From Ascidiella aspersa (taxonomy: Eukaryota): a stretch of DNA of 64,000 nucleotides. The translations under genes and the position numbers were made by a program. Of this stretch, positions 1 through 13,699 are shown piece after piece; position 1 is the first letter of the stretch, and every line of letters begins with the position of its first letter. The DNA lies in contig OZ004614.1 in NCBI GenBank assembly GCA_963924565.1, forward strand, positions 10,788,001 to 10,852,000, written 5' to 3'. The notes under the pieces were generated by a model that was not told the DNA's origin, made no database searches, and saw nothing but the letters and a program-made list of their open reading frames with translations.

Positions 1-3000
1 AAAAGTTGTATATGATAGGGTTGAGGGCGCTGTTGAAATACATCAGCAAGTGAGCGATCGCGAAAATAAAGTAAGTCGTACCACGATTCATAGACCCGAA
101 GCTTCCGAAACACCTAAAAATACAATTTAGTAAAATCCTAAAGAGTTATTCCTCTGTAAAGGCCAGTCTGAATTTACGCTTTCTTGGTATCCCGTGCATT
201 ATCGACAGGTCAATTTATTTTAGAGTCGGAATAGATTTGAACTAGAAAGCCGTAATAAAAAAATTTTTATTAGTTAACAGTATAAAATGAATATAAGCTT
301 CTAGTTAATAAACTGTAAATGAAAACATTTTTATAGTCAGTCCAAAACATTAGTAAAATGATCGGTATAACCAATGTGTTACATTTTGGTCAATAGTACG
401 TTTGTCCAAATAACTATACAGGCAAAGTTAACAATTAGAAAATAGCGGTGTTGCAAACAAGATATTGTGAAACAAGTCCATGTCAAGTAATTTGCAAAAT
501 AATTTAAATCCAAGTAGTCTTCTGCAAAAATAACAAGTCGCGGTCCAAGTCATCAGTTGCCAAGCCAAGTCCCAGTCCAGACATAATGAGAGAAACCCAC
601 ATTTAAGTCAAGTCAATGAAAAAAAAAATACTATCTAAATTGGTAAACTCGTTATAATTTATGAGCTTTAAATTAACTGAATATAGCAACAACGCAATAT
701 ATAGGAAGGAAATTATTTTTTTTTAAAGAGATAAATACCCCAATTTTATTAATAAATATTGAATGAAAACACTTTCTTTTAACCAAGGCTATTCGACACA
801 ATAACTTAAGTACACACCAAGTCATTTGTCCAAAAGACATAAGTCAAGTCACTTTGGTCAAAAGCTTGGGTCAAGTCTAATCATTTACGAAAAGTGATTT
901 AGGTAACCGTAAGTCAAGTCATTTGAACACTGAAAAATTGGGATTCAAGTGCACCAGAGTATCTTAAGTCTGGGTTGTTCAGGATCCATCTAATGACTGG
1001 AATTGCCATGGAAGCTTAGTACTATAGTCTACCTTCTGAGTAGGTTGAGTATCATGACGGGCGCGTAACAAAGTCCAAATACAACGATGAGAGCAACCTG
1101 CATCCGGGCGCTTTTCTTTCTCATCTGAATCAATGAAATCTGAAAATATGGCAAATAGAACAAGGTTGGCTTCTCTTTGCTGCCCAATTTTTTATACCTT
1201 ATAATTAAACGTTTTCGTCCTTAAAACGAGCAAAAACAGGGTGAAACATACAATGGCCGTCGTTTATTTGTGAAAATTAACTTGCTTTGTATTGATCCAG
1301 CATGAAGTATTTTCAATTAGATAAATTTATACAAAACATTATTATATTCTTGTTATTTCAAGTAAATTTTGCCTAAAATATGATCTTATTCATGTTTGTA
1401 TTTTTATATCGGGAATTTCAAGTGAGGTTTCTTTAGGTAGGTGATCTGAAGAATGCTACTAACAAAAACCATTACCTTTGTCAGTATTATATGATGCTAA
1501 GCGTTGAAAGTAAACGATTTCTATGTACGCCTCTAATAGCCTTTTAAAATGTGACCATGCTATAGGCGTATTCATCCTATTTTCCATAATTAATCGATAA
1601 CAGTTTTCCAAATCGAATTCACCAAAACAAATATCAAATATCACATGTGTCAGCTTCCATGAATAAAATCCGATTATTTCGTAATGCTCAAAATCGTCCT
1701 GCATTATTCACGCCCTGACGGAAAGCTCAGCAAGATGCAAGTTACTATGCACTTCCTTACGCATTGCCCTTGTTGTTTTTCGCATGTTTCTCAAGTATAA
1801 TCTGTTGGATTACATTGTACAACCGAAAGTATCCAATCGATTTCATCCTGCCACCACGACTATAGTCTCAACGCTACAACGGTTGGCATCACTGCTCAGG
1901 TTTATCGTATGTCCTTTAGACGGGACTCTTTCTTTCGCTAATGGATATTTCTTGGCTCGCATACAAGACGATTTAACTGACATATTAATGTTTTTACTAG
2001 TGAAGGTGTAGGAGTCTATCCCGATGGACAAGAAGCCTTTAAACTAGTGTCATTTTTTTTTCTTGAACATAAAATATATAGTACTTTATCCCAGTCTTTC
2101 CTATGAGACTGTGGACATGTCAAAAATAATATTGATGCCACCGAAATCTTTGAATCTTGATTTTGTTGTTACCAACTCATTTAGTGATTGGTAAGTATCA
2201 ATATCCCACACGAGACCAATGTATATTTCCATTTTAAACTATGACGTGGAGTTATGACGTCAGTGCCAATTGTCTTACTTTATATCCAAAAATTTGCAAA
2301 CAAACATCGATCCCACACCCACATTACGTTTACCTTAGCGGCGCACTTTCGACAAACGTACTTCTCCGCACTTGACATGGTCAATCGCTTTCGAATACGT
2401 CGCGTCAGCGTGGAAGTCTTTCGCGTTTTAACGAATGCGGATGCGTCTGTTAAGAAATAAGTTTATTTAGCTTTCTTTGCAAGAAATTAGGAGAAATTTC
2501 ATTCCACTTGCTAACTAACAATTTTATATTTTTGTTCTGTGTAAAAACAGCAGTCAGCACACTTTATAAAAATACCCACTACTTTAAAATTTGCCATGGA
2601 ACCTACACCTAAATAATGGTCCTGTGAAATTTTACAAACCAGCTTAAAAGAAGAGGTCGTGGGTAATTTTGTTGAAAGGTTGCTTTACCCTGTGGCCTAT
2701 ACCACCACACTTTAGGCTTGCTAAGTAAATAACTATGTTTGATACCGTCGAACCCGCCCTTGGCTAAAGTTTCAGATTTATAAAATATAAACGATTGTAT
2801 ACTAACCTTTTTGTAAACTCTTTCGCTGTGGCGACGCTCGTTTTAGTTTCTGAGTGGATTCTTCAACCGTCGTAATATTACTCTGCAAATAAAAAAATTG
2901 TATCAAAATGCAAGGTCACACCACACCACCAAACGCTATAGAGCAGGCCTGCAAGTGCACAAAGGCCGCATCAGGCAAAACAAATTTGCCGAGATGCATA

Positions 3001-6000
3001 TACAAATTAAAATAACTATTTTAACATGTACATAAAGTTCTCGAGCGATATCGTGCTGAAATTTTACCTGTAAAAGAAATCGTAGCCTACAGGTAAAAAG
3101 CTGAAATATAATTTGCTTTTATTTGGTTTACATTTGCAAAACTTTCAACTTAAAACCATGTGACACATTGGGCATATAAAATAGATTTGTACATTGCTCG
3201 CATTCTTAGTATAGAGTTTATGAGTCACTCGATGCAACACGCCAGTATACATAGCGCTTTAAGGCTGAATATTATAAATTTCAAAATTATGTTTGATCGC
3301 GCAATACACAAAGAAAGTCTGCATTTATTTAAAATTGAAGTAGCCCAAAAACTTTATAACATCTTAGACAGCACGTGGGCTGCATAAATAGGGTGGCCCG
3401 ACCACATGCAGCCCGCGCCCCATACCTTGTGAGTTGCTATTTTGCACTGAATATGTGATAACGGAAATCACCTTGATCCCTGAAAGATAAATCTCGACCT
3501 TAATTCCTTATCAGTAACAGCAGAATCTCAAATCTAGCAATTCCGGTCAGACACTATTTAAACATCCTAAAAGATATATATATATATGAAATGAATTAAA
3601 TTGAATTAAGATACTGACGTTGTCTTTGCCGTCGAAATATATATATATATATATTCATATATTCATATATATATATATATCTTTTAAGATCTTTTAATAT
3701 TGTCTGACCAGAATTGCTAGTTTTGCTAGAGTATTCTGCATATTTGTTTCAGTTGTAAAAGGTAAAATATATATTAACATCTATTTGTAGTTTTCAACCT
3801 TTCATGACCCGTCCCTATATAGGCTATAGGCTCTAAAAAACTTTTGCATCTCATGATCACATTATAGAAAACTACAACACAAAGGACGTCCCTGAAGTTC
3901 CAGTGACGACCACAAACTCTGGTTTACTTGGCATACAAAACACTTTGCCACGTATTTACAAGTAGTGCAAATAGTATGGCTGTTATTCGACTTACAAATT
4001 GTCTTCTTATGCTCCGGCCGTCAGATGTCCGGCGTTCGATACTAGCACATTTGCAGCTTGATCTTATAGATTTGCCAGCCATGGAAAAGCCGGGAATCTT
4101 AAAAGTTGTGACATTAGTATCACATTCACGCCTACAGCAATTATATTTCAAAGATTATTTTTGAGGACTGTTTATGTCTCGATGTCCTTTAGCCTAAGCA
4201 TTTTGTTAGTCAAGATACATGGAGTTGCATTTGAATTGTGATGTATAAAATTTGTTTATTGCGGGCGCTATGAGAAGAGCACATTAAATATTTGCAAATC
4301 TGACGAAAGTTATAAAATCCTTTGGCAAGTTTTGCAGTTATACTAAAGACTCGGTTAATTAGCTCAGAAGACATTTCCGTAATTCATGTACTTTTCCGAA
4401 GATTAGGAGTATTTTGTGTTAGGCAGTAAAACTGCCACTCGGCTAAACTACAACCAGTAGATTAGAAAGCTTTAGTTCGATAACTTAAATATTTTATGAA
4501 TTCAGTTTACTCAAAGTGCATGTGTGATTTTGACCGATTGCCTTGTGTACAATATTGGATAAAACTGTCAAATTGGAAACGTTGGAATAATGCCGATTCA
4601 GCAAAATACCTCTTTTCTTGATAGCGCTTTGAACACTCTCGTATAGGTGATTCCGAGGATAAATAGGGGTAACGTGTATGCAATGAGAACGAAGTAGGTA
4701 TGGAAAGCCGCTTGGTACACCGGAGCTGTAATACATTAACAGTTTATTTTCGATGGGATATAATTGCAAATGAAATTAAGCCCGGAAGAAGAACTTTGTA
4801 ACACGGATACGAGTTTTGCTGTCATACATATTGAACGGTAAACAAGTGAAGCAATGTTAATACTTAATCTTAGAGCACCTTTAAGTATGCTTTAATAAGG
4901 ATATTGATATGTTCAGTAGCTAAATAGTTTAGATATTTCGTGTTTTTACTTGTTTATTTTAAAAACATCTTATAACTTTATTTAAACTGTTGCTACCTGG
5001 CTAAGTAATATTAATCAAAAACAGCTCCGCTAATAATTGTAACTCATAACCAACGTTTCGGCAACCTATGCAATTCGCTTTCGTCAGGATGAATGAATAT
5101 GGTACAACCTTTTAGGCTTATTTTAATAGGCAAGTGCTTGCACTGCCGCATTTCATGTGGACAATTAGCGATCCATGTGGACAAATCAGCCTTGAATAGG
5201 GTCGGCGAACTTACAGGGCCAGTGCTCGCCGCACGACTGCAACATCGCCAGCTCCTCGTAACCGGCAAAATCCGGTGTGAGCTGGTTGAAGAAGGCCACC
5301 GGGCAGAGAGTGGAAAGACTGAAGAACCATATGGCGACCATGGTCATCCCGGCAGCCCTGGTCGACTTGTGAAAGGTGCCACAGCGAAGCGGGTGACAAA
5401 CCACGAACCAGCGGTTCACCGCTATCGCGCCCAAGGTCAGTGACGACACAAGGGTCACTGTCATCTGCGGATTTGAACGAAAACAAAGTCTGCTCTTAGT
5501 GTTTGAAACATAAATCTCGACCCTAATTCCTGATCAGGAACAACAGAATACTCAAATCAAGTAATTCAGATCAGACACTATTTAAACTTCCTAAAAGTAT
5601 ATATATATGAAATGAATTCATTCAAATTAAGATACTAAAACAGCATAAAGTACAATATTGTTTAACCACGTATTGTGGGTGGATAAATGTATACGACACC
5701 CCCATAAGTGGATTGCTGTATATCTACTCTTTTTATTTAAGGATGTAACACAGGGAAGTAGTACTGAGTCGGAATCAAAGCTGGATGAGTCGGCCTCAGG
5801 TTGTTTTAACCGAGGAAGCGCAACCTGAGGCCGACTGGAGTTTAGGACAATTTACAGAAGTGTAATATTATTGCGGCTGACGTAAGTTGTTTTGTTCACT
5901 CCATAGGATACGAATCAAATCTGAAATATTTTATGGTAAGTTTTGATTTACTAAGCACTAATCCCTGAAGTAATATTTTATATAGGTCAACGATTTATGC

Positions 6001-7898
6001 GCTACAACCCCCTGAAAATGTTCAGAGTAATTTGAAGGACATAAATAAAAAGCTAAATACCAGCCTATATACACTATACATTTTGAACTGAGCAACTATA
6101 GCAGGCTCCGTTATACCTGCAAAAAGGGCGTGAGCTTGCAAAGAAGCTTGCCCATGAGCCAGGACTCGAGGAAGTCAACCAGCAGGGTAGGAGGCAGGCA
6201 GATCAAGGTCACGAGAAGGTCAGCCAGTGCAAGGTTGAGCATAAAGTAGTTGATCGTCGTCTGCATGTGCTTGCGCCGTAGAATGTAGGCGACCACTGTA
6301 AACAAATACATAAAAAGCAATTAGGGAAGAGTTCCATTTGTAGGCGTTATTATAGAACCGCCGATCCTTGGTAAACAGTCACAAAACTGGTCTTTTTAAG
6401 CCTAAGTTTGTTAATTAGGTCGCCGCGCTATTTGAGCTGGTTAATGAAATAAGCTCACTCTAAATTAAAGAATATTGTCGTGAAAAAATAAATATGCCTC
6501 TGTATATTAGGCAAATATATATGTTTTATTGTTTTTATTGTTAAGAATATTTTTTTTTTCATTAAAATGTTTCATGAGCTATGTTGATTTAAGGATTTGA
6601 CTTTAAATCATTCCCAAAAAAACGGATATTTTATTTGTTATATTCCAATCAGCTATTAGATGATTAGAGTATCTTTCAAATGCTGTAATCCTATACTTTG
6701 TCAGATAGTTCTCGTTCCGAACCATCGCCAGTTCTCACGATTGTAGGAGCAATCAATAACACGCCACAAATACTGGCAGGTGGCAACAACATGCTAAGTG
6801 TCTTCTAGCCGCGACATGCCGTTTTTTTGACGTCAGTATAGAATATAGATTGATGCCGTACATACGTACCACGTCGTCACATGCCGTAATTATGGTTCGT
6901 TGTAAGGGGGTACGCCGCTACCACATATACCCGGATACGTATCGTATCAATTACATCTCGCTCCGCACCGCACAAACTACAAAATGCATAATTCATGCAA
7001 GAAAGCGCAGTGTTAATTATAAACTTGCCGCGCAGCCTGATTAATCTTATTGAGAGCAAGAAATCTAATTTTCCTGGATTCGCAATCCGGCGCTACTCCT
7101 AGACTATTTGTGTATTCTTTTTTATCCAGGGCTGTCATTTTGCAGCGCTATTGTAATTAATCGAAAAAACTGAAAAACATTTCGCGAAATAGCTTTTGGT
7201 AGATCGCTAGATAAATTGTTTGATTCTCAGTTGTTTGCTATTCTCCTATTTAAAGCACAGTTCTATATGGAAATATTATTTCGTGACAATCCGCATTTGG
7301 GCATCTTCAGTTGGCACATTTACTAGGCCAACAGGTAAACCGAAGCCAAAATCTCAATTGTAAATGCCTATTTGTCAATAACTGCATAGTGTATCATTTT
7401 TATTGCCTATTCGTCTTGTTTGTACAAACATTAAAACGCTGGCTTTCGCTTTATGGTCGCAAAAAATATTTCCGGTTGATTTTGAATTTACATTTAAAGC
7501 AATTTCTAATCAAATCCAGTCGCTTATTCCCCCCAATTTTTTTTGTGTCCAAGCGCTTTCCTTTTCTTAACGCTATCTGCAAAGTTGTTTTACCGTAAAA
7601 AGTAAGCTTCTCGCTTACCGAGCACATTTCCGACGATGGAGACAAGAAAGACGACCAGGTATAGACAAATGACAAACCACTCGACAGCACTGGGCTTCAG
7701 GTAATACTCCCACAAATCGAAATCGGTGAAGGTGTACTCGTAGTCGCTCAGTCCGTTGGCGCTTGCGTTGCTCGCGTTGGGATTGACGCCTCGTTGTTCC
7801 AAAGTGAAGTTTGCAACTGTGGGGTAAACGCCGCTGCCTTGGTCGCTGCGATTTCCATCTCCCTCGCGGTGCCAAGACGACATGGCTGTGGCAACCAT
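1..7898 (-). CDS. HCRTR: Orexin/hypocretin (allatotropin-type) receptor-family class A GPCR, 3'-partial; exons (-): 7898-7619, 6295-6117, 5464-5215, 4725-4610, 2882-2807, 2446-2334, 1139-1033, 113-<1
   Basis: All introns are GT-AG and phases are consistent. Translation gives TM1 EWFVICLYLVVFLVSIVGNVLV, TM2 NYFMLNLALADLLVTLICLPPTL, TM3 CKLTPFLQ|MTVTLVSSLTLGAIAVNRWFVVCHPL, ECL2 CGEHW, TM5 FHTYFVLIAYTLPL, TM6 RKKSARMQVALIVVFGLCYAPVMILNLLRR and TM7 AHLLMYFNSALNPIIYNF. Motifs and intron positions match vertebrate orexin receptors as recalled. The two ICL3 exons (2882-2807, 2446-2334) are slightly less certain. Confidence 0.9.
446..932 (-). mobile_element. Degenerate hAT-type MITE (GACTT-repeat family)
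   Basis: Reverse-complement homolog of 28523-29010, with AAGTC repeats and ends cggtgttgcaaac...tgaacactg. Confidence 0.7.
3487..3740. repeat. (TA)n-containing foldback repeat; left arm duplicated at 5510-5638
   Basis: ataaatctcgacc...cagacactatttaaac...aattaagatact is present twice; 3660-3740 is its inverted copy. Confidence 0.75.
4984..5095 (-). mobile_element. Diverged Penelope-like terminal fragment in GPCR intron 3
   Basis: Homologous to 31268-31406; CTGACGA and GAAACGTT are retained but helix II is degraded. Confidence 0.6.
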
Positions 7899-10689
7899 AG
7901 TTCAAAATCGACCTAAAATAGGGGCGCGTTGCCAAGGCTTCTCACTTGCACAATCGCAAAAGCTTAGTCCTACGCCTAGAATCGATCATCCTATATGTAC
8001 GACGTGACCTGCAAGAAAATGTTGGCATGAAAGCGATTTTTTTCGCTTTGAAATTGGCAAATCCCAGTTGGGTGCTGGCGGTTCCCCTGGGAACTGGTCT
8101 GTCAAATGTAACGCAATTACGGCAATTGCAAAAATGTTTTACATCAATGGATTGCGCTAATTAAAACAAAAAGCCTAGTTTGGCCGACTCGAATGCTTCA
8201 GAATGCTAACGGATTGCAACCTTTCAAGTGAATGATAAATGTTATACAAGCTAGCAAATACCTTAAGGGACGTTTCAGAAATAGTGACCTTTAGTTATGT
8301 TTTACGTAGAAACAGAAAATTGCATTGGGTTAAAAACAGACCTGTTTTTCTTTTTGTAGGAAACACGCTTATTTAAAAGAGAGCTACATAAAAAAATGTT
8401 TTTCACGTGAAGTGAAAAAGTGATATAAAAATTATGAGTACATAATCATACTTATAAGGTTTAGATCTAAGCATTTTAGGACCGCAAGTATTTTTAAAGC
8501 AAATCCTATTAAACATAAATGAAGGAATCTGGTGAAAGTGTCGAATTTGTTATAATGATCACTTGGAAAACTGTTCGCTTTGTAATGGGGAAAAAATGCA
8601 ACGTTAAATTAAAATACCCCTTTAATTGAACAAGATTGCGAGTCTTGTAAACGTCTTTCTAAAATATTTTTAAACGTGAGTAACCAACATTTACGATTCA
8701 ACGGTAATCGAATGTTTTTCGCTTCCACAACGTCAAAAAACGTTTTTTCTTTGGTTTGCCTCTTCGCCGCAGTAAATACGCCTTGTTAATAGATCAATCA
8801 CAATGCTACACAACTAACTTCAAGTTGCGACCAGCTATATATCTTATTTTAACAGCATACGGTCATTAGACTGCTTCAAAGGGAACTCAACACATTTTAC
8901 TCTGCTCTTCGTGTTGCATTTTGTAGATTAGGAACACTCGATTGCGCTCGAAGAAAATGCAACCATGCCATGAACGAGCCTCCATGCCATGATCTTATTT
9001 TATTTCACTTATTAAGCGATAATGTTTTCAAAGAAGTCTAAATTAAAAAGCAAACATGAAGGGCAACAATTTTCTAAGTTTTTTCAATTATGCTGATTTT
9101 ACAACATTTTTGTAACTTGCAAATTTATTTGTATTATGAGGGGTAAATATAGCCATGTGTTACTTATGGTCAACCTGTTTTGTTATGTTTCATTCAACTA
9201 CTTTTATTGATTCTGACCTATTATCTATTTTAAAGAATATGGTTAAAACTTCAATATTTTCGTTTAGTTTATAAACAAACAGTTGGCATAAGTAAAATAT
9301 ATTTCTACATGCGACATTTAAAATGAAATATTACAGTTCTAACAACATACAGTTATATCACCAAAATTTATGACAAACAGCAAGTATAATCGACAGGCAT
9401 TGTTTGGGAAAAATGGTATAATTTTATTCAATTGCTGTTCTCTGCTTATGTCATTTATCGTTTATCCACAAGTGTTATGTCTGTAAAACTGTCTCTATTG
9501 GACAAGTAGATTTATGGTCATGTAAATGTAAAACTCGACAAAGTACATTATACGGTTAGATTAAGTTATTTGTAAATTCTACCCTTTAATATTTAAATTC
9601 TTATGCCACAGTTCTCATTAGCCGTCCCTGAGGGGTTTAATAAGGTGGCAAGTTTTGACAAAAAATAACAACCATGACAAAAAATAAAAGGCTTTGATTT
9701 GTCGAAAATTCGTGAGGAGACATTATCGATTTTAGCTGGACTTATATGCATAACGATCTTCCTTGTATTATAACGCCGGTGATTTTGTTACTTTTGGGAG
9801 ATTCCTTGCGTAGGTTTATTATTACAGAGCTCTTGAACATAATATCGGCACACTCTTTTAGGAATTTTAGCTTGTTGTTGGAAATAATGCAACAATCGTA
9901 AAACTCTGAGCATGATAAAAAACTTATAAACCACATAAACGGCAATTTTTTCATTAAAAGCCATAAAAAACAATTTTTGTGTGCACGTTAAAGTTGCAAA
10001 ACGTATACAATTGTGTAAATTCTTTCATGACATCTTGATTTTATAATTTATTAAGCTTTTTCCTTGCCGATACATTATGTTTGGTTGCATGCAGCAATCA
10101 AACATGATCAAAACTTACCTTCAATTAGACAAAAAAAATTTTATTCTAGCAGCTGAATGGGGAACAATTTAGAAAGAAATCTTGTTATACAAGTGATGTG
10201 CATAATCGATTGTGGGGAAATATCTAATTTTTTTCTTCCGGCGACTCCTGGCACTGAACCAGATTCTTCTCACATTTATATATTATTTAAACAAAATGAT
10301 CACCTCTATTTTAGCGCGTTTCATTTTTAGTAGCTTTTACCGTCGTTACGTTTATCAACTGATTTCAGAAGAAACCATTTTGCTTTAATTAACTGTTTTT
10401 TAATTAAGATAAAATTAATAAAAAAAAACAGTCTCAGCAATAGACGCTCACTTAGATATTAGGTTTATTGAAGCAACAACAGAATAAAACTTACAGCCGC
10501 CGCGATAACATTAACCTTGGGGTAATTTCCTCCAAATATAACCCAACTCTGCTCGCGTACCGCTTAAAACACCTTCACGTACCACGTGCTATAAGTGTAG
10601 CATAGGTTGCGAACCACTGGTATAAATAAGTAAAATCGCCCCTAAAAAAAATCCACATTTACGCGGCATTATAGTATAAGCCCCTGCTA

Positions 10690-10950
10690 ATCAACCGCCG
10701 CGCTGCTTTGTTTTGGCGATTGGTCACTCTTCGATTCCGGAAGAGAAGCGTCAACCGGAAATGTTCGCGCATAGCGCAGCCTTCCATCAATCAGACGTCG
10801 CTGTACGTCAGTGATCGGCGCTCAGCTGACAGATAATGTGCGTCGATGTAAACGTTTTAACCTGCTGACCCGGACGTGACTGTCCAAATTGTTGGCCGGA
10901 AAGAGACCAAACTACCGATTGATTGCGCGATTTCGGGGCTAAAATGATAA
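10690..10950. promoter_or_regulatory. GC/CpG-rich promoter-like patch between the divergent GPCR and HIF1AN genes
   Basis: Local GC rise with three CCGGAA (ETS-like) sites, ACGTC cores and an ATTGG (reverse CCAAT). Confidence 0.3.
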
Positions 10951-12900
10951 ATCAAAGGTTCATCTTAACCAGGCCTAAAATTACAAGTTGCCAGACCGCT
11001 AATTTAGTCGATCACGAGACGCCACAATGTGCAATGTATTTTGAAATGCTTTCGTATATACTGTATGTACCCTGCATGTGCGTTATGGTGTTAATCGGGG
11101 AAAAATGACTACAGTGAACTAAATGTTAAAATACTATTTGCCGTGCTCGCGAAAATTTTGGTTTACGAGATTTTTGGAATGTTTTGTATAGTAACCACGA
11201 AGTCAATTGTAGTTCGCAATGGGACGTTTTAGCGCATACCATAATTCATCATATACCTTTGTAAACTATTTTTCATTGGAAGCCAAAGGTTATACCGACG
11301 TGTCAGGTTTTTTAGCGACACATTCGACTTTGTTTTGAAACTTGTAAAAACTTACTATATTCCTGTATAGCTCAAAAAAAAATTGCATATTCCAAATATA
11401 TTGGCATTCTCTGGCGCGTTTGTTCTAAAAGTGTATATCCTAAATTTGAATTTTATTCTAGCGCATTTAGTTTCTACCAGAGCTTTGACGCTTTGCCTTA
11501 GAAGGTTTGAAAATCGATTTCTTCCTAAGTGGTGACCGTCAACATCTCGTCACACAAATAAACACTTCACACTGATACACTAATTAATGTATTTTTCATT
11601 TTGGGATATATTCCTAATTTTAAAAAAAGATAAAGTAGTTTAAAAAGATAAAGTAAAATCAACAAAGCCTTGTCGATAAAGATTGTTCGACTTTTTTTAT
11701 TTTAGCGCGAATCATTGTAATTCTTCTCCAAGGCGTCTAACTTGAATGCAATGCCATTTCAAAATATTACACTAAACCTTCTTTACTGTCGCCACAGTGC
11801 ATGTTTAACCTATTGCATTCTAAGATGGCGATTTATGCGCATTACTATTGACATAGTTATTTTAATAGCTCCCACATCGTTACTCATTGCCTCAATCAAA
11901 TCCGAAAAGTATGGCTGTCTTGTTCTATCTCGCAGCCCGGCAAAGCGCTGTAGGCCTACTTTTACGATGCCTTGCAGCTAATCTTGACTATAGAATGTCT
12001 TAACAACAGGTTACTTACTTTTGGATCTTTATAGCAGTCTAAAATGTCGTTTTTTGCACATTCTACAACTTATAGGTGTTCTCATTAGAGAATCTTTAAA
12101 AAATGTGTGAGAGTTGACCAACTCTGTATCTATAATCACGAAATTTCGCACAAATATTCGTAACAAAGAAACTACGATAAATATTTCAAAACACCACGAT
12201 TTTCTCCCTTCCTGTTTTTTTCAAATGCATAGGTTATAGTTCTGTCTATGGTAAAAAACTGTTAGCTCGAAAAGTCACTTTTCATAAAATAAATACCGAC
12301 TCTCATATAGGCTACTCACAAACTATTGACTCGATTTCAACTAGACATTCTGATAGCGCGTATTACTTACTAAAAAGTTAACCTCAATTTTAAAAATAGC
12401 GCTATATTACATTTACCATTCAGTAAAGTCTCTACAAAACAACTATTTTATGCCTAACATAAACTATGTGCGGCGAAAAAACATACCATCATTCCTCGAG
12501 ATTGTATGCCAACTAAATACGCGCCATAATGAATAAGCAGTATAATCCTCTTAAAAAAGCGACATTACAAGCGTTCTTGCAGTCGTGAGATTGCATATAG
12601 ACTATAGTTGTACCGATTCGACCCCTGGCATTTGCTATTCCTTGCTACAGGCGCGCAACTTGAACTTTGCAAAAAAAGAGCAAAACTGCGCCGCTGGTGG
12701 AAAAACAATTTAAATATTTTGTCGCTTGGTAGCAGTCGCGATTATGTATTTCGTTTCTGGCGTTCCCAAAATATCGTTGATTTTGGTAATTCTGCTATGC
12801 ACGCTGTTCAAAGAAAATCATAAACCACCAGATACAAACCTTTCGGGAGAGTTGTTAGTTACTAAATTCGGCTATAAAAATGCAAGATACCTAAGCAAAC

Positions 12901-13263
12901 CAGTGGCGTAGCCAGCCGAAAATGTTTGGGGGGCCAAAAAGTTTAAACTTTTTGTTTAGGTTTTGTCATTGTATTTACCGCCGTAACGATCATAATAACA
13001 ATGTTAGCAAACCGTTTCGAGCAGCAACTGACTGAGTGTTACTCCATTTCCAAGAAAACCATTCAAACAGCAAAAACTGACTTTTAAGTAGTAAAGCTAC
13101 ATTAATGTATAGCCAATGTAATATGCTACATCGTTTGTGACGTAACAGTGCATGACAATTGAAGGTGTGGCATGCCTGTGATCGACTGTTGTGGTACTGC
13201 TCACAAATGCTAAAAAACGAAGTATTAAGAGTAAAATATTTATAAATTTTGGCTACGCCTATG
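12901..13263 (+). mobile_element. MITE (CAGTGGCGTAGCC family), copy 1
   Basis: Ends cagtggcgtagcc...ggctacgcctatg; colinear homolog at 59636-60052. Confidence 0.8.
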
Positions 13264-13699
13264 CCACACACTTATGTACCTTTAGTTTAGCCTACATAGG
13301 CCTACAGCAAGATTTTTTAACTAAAAATCGATGACTGACAAGTAGCTAATTTGCAAATTAATGTTAATCGCATCATTGTATGAATCATGTTTAGTATCAA
13401 CATCCATAGAATCATCTAATTAAATGGGTGACTAATGTGTTATTAACTTTTTATACAAAATTTAGATTATTTAGTGGACGACGGATAGTTAATGCAGTAA
13501 ACCTACAGACGTTATGTTGTTTTAATTTATATCACATGAAAAACTGTGCAAAATGCAAAGTTAGGGTAGAACATTTAGGAAGGTATGCTTCCGAAAGTGC
13601 CTTAGTTTCGCTTCTTTCAGTTTAATAAAGGAATACAGTGTATGGGCGGTGCAGGTTGAAGTTTAAATCCAACAGGCTAAAAAGGAGCGGCAGTGAATA

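Noticed and set aside
1843-2031. 62-aa - strand ORF in a GPCR intron as an extra exon
   Set aside because: Nearby acceptors give stops in the phase required by the upstream exon, and the gene model closes without it.
5093-5443. 116-aa + strand ORF
   Set aside because: Antisense to GPCR exon 3.
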